Sequence record: SRR20825019_1196
Direction: 5' to 3' (one strand)
DNA: 33,958 nucleotides
Of this stretch, positions 26,585 to 33,958 are shown piece after piece. Both the position numbers and the translations under genes were made by a program. Every line of letters begins with the position of its first letter. The first letter of the stretch is position 1. The notes under the pieces were generated by a model. That model was given only the letters and a program-made list of their open reading frames with translations, made no database searches and was not told the DNA's origin.

Positions 26585-28411
26585 ATGGGAGTTCATCAGG
26601 ACAGGTCGCAAAATGTTCCGGCTGGCAAAGACCCGAAGCTGACCTCAAAGTCACAGGCCGGGTTGCGACGTCGTCTGCTGTTGACCTCTATCGCTGTTTT
26701 CGCAGCCATCCTGCTGGTCGAAAGTGCGGCACTCGCCAGCCTCGAATATCTCGATGGTCAGCTCTCGCGGCTTCAGGCAGACTCAATTTCCGACAGCCGC
26801 CGCATGCTGGCGATCACGGAAACAACCTCGGATCTCTCCATTGCCGCGCGGCGCTTTCACGAAGTGGCCGACCGCGAAGCCCTGTACCAGGCCGAATTCG
26901 ACCTGCGTGCGCAGATGCGGCGCTTCTCTTCGCAGATCCCGACGCTTGCGCTGTCCGGCACGGCCCCTCCGGCGCCATTTCTCGACAGCGACATCATAGC
27001 GGAGGCAAACCGTCTCGAAGGTATCGTCGAGCATCTGGCTGCGACGGCCGCAGAGGCGATCGATGCCCATGCGGGCATGCGCACCGAAGCGCAGGATCTG
27101 GAACTCATCAGTTCCGAACTTATGCCGGAGGCAACGGCGCGGCCGATGATCGCCGTCGCGCTTACGCTGGCGAGCACAGCTCTGGCATCAGCTGATCGGG
27201 CCAATGTAGAGAACCAGCGCGATGCCTATATCCGCCTGCTGGAGGAGAACGACCGGCCAATGGCGCTCTCCCTTCTGACGTCGCTGTTCGACCGACGTCT
27301 GGCCGTCATCGACGTTGAAAGTCGACAGCGGTTTCTGGTAGCGGCTGCCGAAATGGCGACCCGCGAGATCACCGCGCTCGCCCGCGAATATACCCGCCTC
27401 ATCGACCGGGCCAATCTCGCCCGGCAGGAGGCCACGCGAAGGCTGCTGCTGTTCGGCAAGGTTACGGCCCTTGGCATGGGGCTGATCGCGCTCGCTGCCG
27501 CCTTCGTGGTCGCGAATGTGTTTTTGCGCGGCGCAGTGCATGACCTTGCCGGCATCGCCGCAGCGATGCGCCGACTGGCCGCCGGCGATCCGACAGCGGA
27601 AGCGCCGGGCGGAAGTCGCCGCGACGAAATCGGCGCGCTTGCCGACGCCTTTTCCGTGTTCAAGGCCCAGATGGTCGAACGTGAGGCGATGCAGCGGCGG
27701 CTGACCGAGGCCGAGCGACTTGAGGCGATCGGACGCTTCACCGGTGGTGTCGCCCATGATTTCAACAATGTGCTGACCGTGATCTCTTCCAATCTCCAGC
27801 TCATACACGAGACGACCGATCCCGCCTCGCCCAATGGGCACCGTGTACTCAAGGCGCTCGAAGCGGCTGAGGGAAGTGCTGCCATGGTTCAGCAGTTGCT
27901 GACTTTCGGCCATCGCCGCACGCTCGATCCGGCGCCGACCGATATCGACGCGGTCGTCGCCTCGCTCGTCGATCTTCTGCAGGACAGTTTCGGGCCGCCG
28001 ATCAGTCTGGAAATCATCGATCTAGACGCCGAGACCCGGCCGCTGGTCGCGCTTGTCGATCCGGGCCAACTGGAGAATGCCCTGATCAACCTCCTGTTCA
28101 ATGCACGCGATGCGATTGCCAACACCGGCCGGATAGCGATTGCCACAGGGACAATCGGCGCCGGCGAAATCGTGATACGGGTGGATGATGACGGCGCCGG
28201 CATGTCGCCGGAGGTACTCGCGCATGTTTTCGAGCCGTTCTTCACCACAAAGCCATCCTCGAAGGGCAATGGCCTCGGACTTTCCACCGTCTACGGCTTC
28301 GTCCGTCAGTCGGGCGGCCGGATCGAGCTTCGTTCCGTCGTCGGGTCCGGCACCACGGCGGAGGTCATCCTGCCCCAGTATCCGCGAGCGGGAGCCCCCG
28401 CCATGACGTGA
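26585..28411 (+). CDS. Membrane sensor histidine kinase (periplasmic helical domain, HAMP, HisKA, HATPase)
   Basis: Two TM segments, RRDEIGALA HAMP, GGVAHDFNNVL H-box, NLLFNARDA, DDGAGM, EPFFTTK and GLGLS motifs. Confidence 0.95.
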   Translation: MGVHQDRSQNVPAGKDPKLTSKSQAGLRRRLLLTSIAVFAAILLVESAALASLEYLDGQLSRLQADSISDSRRMLAITETTSDLSIAARRFHEVADREALYQAEFDLRAQMRRFSSQIPTLALSGTAPPAPFLDSDIIAEANRLEGIVEHLAATAAEAIDAHAGMRTEAQDLELISSELMPEATARPMIAVALTLASTALASADRANVENQRDAYIRLLEENDRPMALSLLTSLFDRRLAVIDVESRQRFLVAAAEMATREITALAREYTRLIDRANLARQEATRRLLLFGKVTALGMGLIALAAAFVVANVFLRGAVHDLAGIAAAMRRLAAGDPTAEAPGGSRRDEIGALADAFSVFKAQMVEREAMQRRLTEAERLEAIGRFTGGVAHDFNNVLTVISSNLQLIHETTDPASPNGHRVLKALEAAEGSAAMVQQLLTFGHRRTLDPAPTDIDAVVASLVDLLQDSFGPPISLEIIDLDAETRPLVALVDPGQLENALINLLFNARDAIANTGRIAIATGTIGAGEIVIRVDDDGAGMSPEVLAHVFEPFFTTKPSSKGNGLGLSTVYGFVRQSGGRIELRSVVGSGTTAEVILPQYPRAGAPAMT

Positions 28412-28465
28412 AAGGGCGATCTCTTAAGACGGGCCGGCCTCCATCTTCCCTGCCTTGCATCAAGC

Positions 28466-29437
28466 TCACTGCCTGAGGACGATGATGGTCCTATCATCGA
28501 AAAGCTGCTTGTGGCTCGAACCCTTGACCCCGAAATACCGGCCGGTCTTGAGCGGGTCCTCCTGCTCGATCCGCGCAGCCATCGCCTCCCATGCCGCGAG
28601 CGATACATCTTCCGGATAGTCGAGATATCCGTCGCTGAATATCTCGATCGATTGGACCGACCCAGCGGGCCGTTCGAAGCTCAGCAGCCCGAGCCCCCGT
28701 GTGGTTGTGCCGTTGATGATCGCATAGCCAAGCGGATGATCGGGATCGTTTGCAAAACGGTACTGTCCTTTGGCGATCCCAGCTTTAAGCATCGGAGCGA
28801 CATACTCCAGCAGGCTGTCGTCAAGCCGGCCCCTGAGCTTCTCCGTCGCTTCCGTGATCAGGACAGCACTTTCGTCGGCGGAGATCAGGTCCGGAACGGC
28901 GGTATCGAAACCATGGAAAACGCCGCGGCGCGAACCGGCTTCCAGATCGGTACCATCATTTCGTGCCTTGAGCAGGAAGTAGAGCGCCACTCGGCCGGCT
29001 GACATGATATCATCGACCGGTTTCAGCACCTGAGAGACATCTTCACCATTGATCCGCACGCCGCTGTCGCCGACGAGGGTGAAACGCAGGTTTTCGCCAA
29101 CCGCCTCCACCAGCGCCATCGTGGTCGATGCGCCGACCATGCGGCCCTGCACCTCTGATTCTTTCGCAAGTTTTGTCGCGAGTTCGCCGTTGATGGCGGC
29201 GAGCAGGTCTTCGGTTGACAGCGCGCCGGGCGCATGACGGCTGAACAGCGACGTGAGTGCGGCAGCGGCCGTGAGCGCAGCAAACCGGCCGGAGCCGACA
29301 CCGGCGATTTCCGAGCCGTTGACGTCGGTCGCGCCATCGAACACTGCATAGCAGCGGTCCGGCAGGATTAGCGGAACATCGTCGCCCGGGCGGTCGGAAT
29401 TCAGATATTTGGAAGCGGAAAGGCATTCGATGCGCAT
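28466..29437 (-). CDS. Hypothetical PP2C/PPM-like metal-dependent phosphohydrolase
   Basis: GDD, AVFDGAT, STT, VGDSG, FSDGY and DDRT motifs in PPM order; last gene of the ABC operon. Confidence 0.75.
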   Translation of the reverse strand: MRIECLSASKYLNSDRPGDDVPLILPDRCYAVFDGATDVNGSEIAGVGSGRFAALTAAAALTSLFSRHAPGALSTEDLLAAINGELATKLAKESEVQGRMVGASTTMALVEAVGENLRFTLVGDSGVRINGEDVSQVLKPVDDIMSAGRVALYFLLKARNDGTDLEAGSRRGVFHGFDTAVPDLISADESAVLITEATEKLRGRLDDSLLEYVAPMLKAGIAKGQYRFANDPDHPLGYAIINGTTTRGLGLLSFERPAGSVQSIEIFSDGYLDYPEDVSLAAWEAMAARIEQEDPLKTGRYFGVKGSSHKQLFDDRTIIVLRQ

Positions 29438-29518
29438 GGATATTCCTTTCGCTCCGAACCCGCTGCCAGGCCGGAGCTATTATACTGACGTGCGGGACCC
29501 AGGCCCCGCCCGGAATGA

Positions 29519-31204
29519 TTAGACAAACGCCCCCTCTCGGCTTTCGGAAAGCCTGAACACGATGAATACGCAGATGCCGGAACTGACCAGGAGAATGGTC
29601 GAGAGCGCCGCTGCCAGTCCGAACTCGCCGTCGAGCACGGCACTATAGATCTTGATCGGCATTGTAGCGGTCGCGCCGGTATAGAGCAGCAGCGTAGAAG
29701 ACAGTTCGTTGATCGCGGTGATGAAGCTCATCATCGCGCCGATGATGATGCCGGGGATCATGATCGGAACCGTCACCTTGAGGAAGGCGCGTGCCGGCGA
29801 CGCCCCGAGATTGATCGCGGCCTCCTCGATCGAAGGCTTGATCTGGCGGAGGATCGTCGAGGTCGAACGCACGCCATAGGGCAGCCTGCGGATGAATACC
29901 ACCAGGATGATGATCAGCGCAGTTCCGATGAGATCGACCGGCGGCTTGTTGAAGGTCAGGGCGAACCCGATCGCCATGACCACGCCGGGAACGACATAGG
30001 GAACCATCAGCAGGCTGTCCAGCAGCCCCGAGAGCCAGGTCTCGCGGCGCACGACAATGTAGGACACGAAGGCGCTTGTGATCGTGATCATAGTCACGGC
30101 CGCGAACGCGAAGGTAAACGAATTTCCGACCACATTCGGCAGTTCGTTCCACACCCGCTCATAGCTCGACAGGCCGAATTCTCCGGTGAATACCGGGCCG
30201 TTGGTGGCGAGGATCGAGGTGTAGAACACGACGATCATCGGCAGCGAAGCCATCACGACCACGAAATAGCAGAAGCCGTGAACCATCCAGTTCGCCGGCC
30301 CGGAAAGCTGCTTCGGTTCCGGCAGATTGGTGAGCGCGCCGGCATAGCGCCGCTTGCTCAGAAAATAGCGTTGCAGCACCACAGCGGCCATCGAAATGAC
30401 GATCATCACCACGGAGATCGCGACGGCGATCGACGGCGTTCCGCCCATTTCCGAGGTATACTGGTTATAGGCGATGGTCGACAGAGTCCGAAAATTCCGC
30501 CCGATAATCGCAGGGGTGCCGAAATCGGCGATCGACAACACGAATGCGAGAATGGCGCCGGAACTGACCGCCGGAAACACCAGCGGCAGCGTCACCTTGA
30601 AGAATCGCCCGAGCGGCGAGCAGCCGAGATTGGCAGCGGCCTCCTCGAAGGATCGGTTGATCGAGCGAAGCGCGCCCTCGGTCATAAGATAGACAAAGGG
30701 AAAGAACTTCAGCGTGAACACCAGGATGACGCCGGGCGTGCCGTAGATGGACGGGATATCGAGGCCGAGATCGCGCAATGGCCGGGTGATCCAGCCATTA
30801 TTGCCGAGAAGCAGGATCCAAGAATAGGCGCCGATGAAGGGCGGCGACACCAGCGCCAGAACGGCGACCGTCGAAATCACGCTGCGTCCCTTCACCCGGA
30901 ATCGGGCGACGAAATAGGCGAGCGGAACGCCGATCAGGCAGGCTCCGATCATCCCGCCGAGGCCGACCAGCATCGAATTGCGCAGCGCACCGAGATAGTA
31001 GGGATGGCTGAGCACCTGGGCGTAATTACCGAGTGTGAAGGCGCTGGTTTTCGGATCGATGAAACCGACGACGAAAACCTTGGAGAGCGGCGCGATCAGC
31101 AGGATCGCGATCACGACAAAACAGAGGGTGAAGACGATGTTCCAGAAATTGATCGCCCGGGGCAGGCGCTTGCCGCGGGGTTCGGAGAGCGGAAGATCGG
31201 TCAT
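29519..31204 (-). CDS. ABC transporter fused double permease (FbpB/AfuB-like)
   Basis: 561 aa with two EAA loops (FEEAAANLG, IEEAAINLG), PPFIGAYSW and ADFGTP. Confidence 0.93.
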   Translation of the reverse strand: MTDLPLSEPRGKRLPRAINFWNIVFTLCFVVIAILLIAPLSKVFVVGFIDPKTSAFTLGNYAQVLSHPYYLGALRNSMLVGLGGMIGACLIGVPLAYFVARFRVKGRSVISTVAVLALVSPPFIGAYSWILLLGNNGWITRPLRDLGLDIPSIYGTPGVILVFTLKFFPFVYLMTEGALRSINRSFEEAAANLGCSPLGRFFKVTLPLVFPAVSSGAILAFVLSIADFGTPAIIGRNFRTLSTIAYNQYTSEMGGTPSIAVAISVVMIVISMAAVVLQRYFLSKRRYAGALTNLPEPKQLSGPANWMVHGFCYFVVVMASLPMIVVFYTSILATNGPVFTGEFGLSSYERVWNELPNVVGNSFTFAFAAVTMITITSAFVSYIVVRRETWLSGLLDSLLMVPYVVPGVVMAIGFALTFNKPPVDLIGTALIIILVVFIRRLPYGVRSTSTILRQIKPSIEEAAINLGASPARAFLKVTVPIMIPGIIIGAMMSFITAINELSSTLLLYTGATATMPIKIYSAVLDGEFGLAAALSTILLVSSGICVFIVFRLSESREGAFV

Positions 31205-32268
31205 GACAACAGCCTCCCGTTCTGTGTGTCTTCATAGACCGCAAAATCGGCAAAAGGTAGCGAGACGTCGACGCTGTCACCCGGCCGCAGCTCGATGATT
31301 TCGGCCCTCGGTGCGAGGAGCGCGGTGATTTCCATGTCGCCGGCCTCGACCGCGATCTCAAGCTCACGGCCGATGAACATCGCATGGCGCACCTTTCCGC
31401 TGATCCTGACGGCGTCCCGCCCGCCATCCGCGCCCAGGCGAACCTTTTCCGGGCGAATGGTGGCGACAACAGGACCGCCGGCATGATCGATAGCGCGATC
31501 GAAGCCAGTGCCGGCGACGGTCAGCCGCCCCTCGGAAAAATCGGCATTCATCCGGTTGTTCGAGCCGACGAAGGAGGCAACGAACAGATTGGCGGCGCGG
31601 CTGTAAATCTCCCATGGAGAGGCGACCTGCTGGGCGATGCCGCCATACATCACGCACACATGATCGGAGATCGCCAGCGCCTCCTCTTGGTCGTGGGTCA
31701 CGTAGATGGTAGTGATGCCAAACTCGCGCTGAAGATCGCGGATATCGCGCCGGAGATCGACGCGCAGTTTGGCGTCGAGATTGGAAAGCGGCTCGTCCAT
31801 CAGCAGCACTTTGGGCCGAATGACCAAGGCACGCGCAAGGCCAACACGCTGCTGCTGACCGCCGGAGAGCTGATGCGGCATACGCTCGGCGAGCTGGTCG
31901 AGCTGGACGATATCGAGCATTTCGCGAACGCGCCTGTCCAGCTCATTGCCGCGCACCTTGCGCTGGCGCAGACCGAAGGCAACATTGTCGAACACGCTGA
32001 GATGCGGGAAAACGGCATAGTCCTGGAACACCATTCCGACATCGCGCAGATGAGCGGGCTTGTCCCCGATCGATTCGTCCTCGACATGGATCGTGCCGCT
32101 GTCCTGCTGATGAAACCCCGCAATCGCACGCAAGAGCGTGGTTTTGCCGCAACCGCTTGGGCCCAGAAGGGTGAAAAACGCGCCGGAGGGAATGTCGAGG
32201 GAGATGTTTTCCAGCGCTGTGAAGTCGCCATAGGTCTTCTTCAGATCGGTGATACGTACGCGTGCCAT
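31201..32268 (-). CDS. ABC transporter ATP-binding protein (FbpC/AfuC/PotA-like)
   Basis: GPSGCGKTT, LSGGQQQRV, MDEPLSNLDAKLR and THDQEEA motifs. Confidence 0.95.
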   Translation of the reverse strand: MARVRITDLKKTYGDFTALENISLDIPSGAFFTLLGPSGCGKTTLLRAIAGFHQQDSGTIHVEDESIGDKPAHLRDVGMVFQDYAVFPHLSVFDNVAFGLRQRKVRGNELDRRVREMLDIVQLDQLAERMPHQLSGGQQQRVGLARALVIRPKVLLMDEPLSNLDAKLRVDLRRDIRDLQREFGITTIYVTHDQEEALAISDHVCVMYGGIAQQVASPWEIYSRAANLFVASFVGSNNRMNADFSEGRLTVAGTGFDRAIDHAGGPVVATIRPEKVRLGADGGRDAVRISGKVRHAMFIGRELEIAVEAGDMEITALLAPRAEIIELRPGDSVDVSLPFADFAVYEDTQNGRLLS

Positions 32269-32336
32269 GACCCGTTCCTGAGTTTCTGAATTTTGCGGGA
32301 TATGGAAGGGGCAGCCCGATGCCGCCCCTCAAACGC

Positions 32337-33317
32337 CTATTTCGTCATAATGACTTCGTTCCACTTTTGGAGCGCTTCCGGGCGGTATTCCGAAGCCCAG
32401 TCGATATCGTACTTGATCAGTTTCATGTCGGTGAGCGGCGTCAGCGCGTCGTTGGCGGGAACATCGTCGCGCACCGGCCGACGGCCGATTTCGGCAACGA
32501 TTTCCTGCCCTTCCTTGGAGAGTGCGTAATCCATAAAGGCCTTAGCCCCCTCCTCATTTGCCGGCGTCGCCAGCATCGCCATGCCATCAGCCTGGGCGGT
32601 CGTCCCGTCGGCCGGATAGATCACGTCGACCGGGCCGCCGCCGAACTTGAAGCGCAGGCCGATATCCTCGTTGGCGATGCCGATCCAGGCCTCGCCGTCA
32701 TTGACGAATTTCGGCACGGCGCCGGAGGAATTGGCAAGCTGGGTATTGTCGAGGATGCGGCTGTAGAGATCCCAGCCCTTTTCAAGGCCATATATCTGGA
32801 GAAGCGTGGCGAGTTGAATATAGGCCGACGAGGATTTGTCCAGCCGGGCGATCGAAACCCTGTCCTTGTATTCGGGCTTGGCGAGATCTTCCCAGGTCTT
32901 GGGTCTTTCATCCTCACTCAGTTCGTCGGTGTTGACGACGAAGCTGGTGGCAATCACCGTGAACGGCGTCCACTTGCCCTCAGGACGCACCGCTTCAACG
33001 ATATGATCTGAACCGGCCGGCTGGTAGTCGGAGAAGAGTTCGGGATTGGCTTGCAGGATTTCCCCGCCAACCGACCACAGCACATCCGACGATTCGCGGC
33101 CCTTCTCGGCCTTCAAGCGGTTGATGAGTTCGCCGGAGCCCGCCTTGATCAGTTCAACCTGCATGCCGGACGACGCCTCGAAGCCGGCGACCATCTTGTC
33201 GACAAGCTCCTGCGGCGCCGCCGTGTAAACGATTACCTTGCCGTCCGCGGCGAAAGCTGCCGTCGACGACATCAGACCGAGCGTTGTCACCGCTGCTATA
33301 ATACCTGCAATTTTCAC
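32337..33317 (-). CDS. ABC transporter substrate-binding protein (Fbp/AfuA/2-AEP-binding type)
   Basis: GTG start after AAGGAGGG; signal peptide ending AFA-A; GSGELINRLKAE, PKTWEDL, KSSSAY and YPADGT motifs. Confidence 0.92.
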   Translation of the reverse strand: MKIAGIIAAVTTLGLMSSTAAFAADGKVIVYTAAPQELVDKMVAGFEASSGMQVELIKAGSGELINRLKAEKGRESSDVLWSVGGEILQANPELFSDYQPAGSDHIVEAVRPEGKWTPFTVIATSFVVNTDELSEDERPKTWEDLAKPEYKDRVSIARLDKSSSAYIQLATLLQIYGLEKGWDLYSRILDNTQLANSSGAVPKFVNDGEAWIGIANEDIGLRFKFGGGPVDVIYPADGTTAQADGMAMLATPANEEGAKAFMDYALSKEGQEIVAEIGRRPVRDDVPANDALTPLTDMKLIKYDIDWASEYRPEALQKWNEVIMTK

Positions 33318-33611
33318 TGTCTGCCCTCCTTATTTTTGGCTTTTCTACTCTCAGATACCTGCCGAGTCTCTGGCTTCGGCCGGCGCCCGAACCCGCGACA
33401 TCGAGGGCACGGAATAGTCCGTAGCGGGTAAGAAGAACATGTGGCCATATCGGGCCTCGCCAACAAACCGCGTCAGCCCAACGCCGACCCGTTGCATCCG
33501 AGCCAGATCCTTCTTCTCCCAAGCAACGATGAAATGATTCGGCAAATCCGCGTCTGGCGTTGCGGCAAGCGTATTTCATACGAAGCATTTGAAAACTATC
33601 GAATGCAACGA

Positions 33612-33659
33612 TGAACCCGGTATTTCAGAAAAGAATAGGCATCTGTAACACTGTTCACA
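33612..33659 (-). promoter_or_regulatory. Bipartite regulatory motif, copy 2
   Basis: Minus strand reads TGTGAACAgtGTTACA-N15-CTGAAATAcCGGGTTCA, upstream of the ABC operon. Confidence 0.75.
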
Positions 33660-33837
33660 AACTGCAATGGGGACCAGGTCAGCGGCTGGGAAGCTGACAT
33701 TCCACCATCGGCCCCTTTGCTGCCGATCCGCAGCGTGCCACAAATTTTCTCACCGCAGCCGACATGCGCGTGGATGTGTTCTTCCGAACTTCTGGATCGG
33801 CTCTTGGGTCACAGCACGCTCATTTGAGCGTCCCCTA

Positions 33838-33927
33838 GGAGGCGAGCTTCCGAAGGATCTGGCTTGGCGCGATGCTTCCGGTCGCAATTGTGGCGGCGAT
33901 ACGCAGGATGTCGGGCCAGTTGCGCTC
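33838..33927 (-). mobile_element. Tn3-family transposase internal fragment
   Basis: Minus-strand ERNWPDILRIAATIATGSIAPSQILRKLAS, then a stop; a characteristic Tn3 TnpA segment. Confidence 0.8.
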
Positions 33928-33929
33928 GT

Positions 33930-33958
33930 GTTGAGCCCTTTGTGAGCACGGTGATCGG
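33930..33958 (-). mobile_element. Probable IS6-family transposase fragment running off the window edge
   Basis: Minus-strand DHRAHKGLN resembles the IS6 HKGLNN motif; only 9 codons are visible. Confidence 0.45.

Noticed and set aside
29519-33317. Call as an iron(III) transporter
   Set aside because: The fold family also covers phosphorylated solutes. No FbpA/FutA-type tandem Tyr ligands are evident in the binding protein, and the context points to phosphorus, so the substrate is left unassigned.
1-33958. CRISPR array, tandem repeat array, integrase or defence system
   Set aside because: No regularly spaced repeats or matching protein motifs were found by eye.

Overview
High-GC window, apparently alphaproteobacterial (Rhizobiales-like, by inference), with a mosaic, accessory or plasmid-like layout. 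Left to right: (1) a heavy-metal block with a Cu/Ag P1B-ATPase (cut by the window edge) and CueR-type promoter, a CadR/ZntR-type MerR regulator, a Zn/Cd/Pb P1B-ATPase and a truncated cation-transporter remnant; (2) a DeoR gene, Ugp-like ABC transporter, GpdQ/CpdA-type phosphodiesterase and inositol-monophosphatase-family gene, divergent from a Na/Pi-cotransporter gene; (3) a small protein, secreted sulfatase and secreted HAD hydrolase, divergent from a membrane-anchored TolB-like/TPR protein; (4) dinB and IS21 remnants; (5) LysR, a tripartite tricarboxylate transporter and a cytoplasmic sulfatase; (6) an IS6 remnant; (7) an OmpR-family regulator, AfuA-like binding protein and HAMP histidine kinase next to an Fbp/Afu-type ABC operon ending in a PP2C-like hydrolase; (8) Tn3 and IS6 scraps. 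In block 7 both operons carry the same 48-bp bipartite upstream motif, and a PHO-box-like repeat precedes the sensor operon. No rRNA, tRNA or CRISPR array was seen. Family calls come from motifs recognised by eye; no database search was run.
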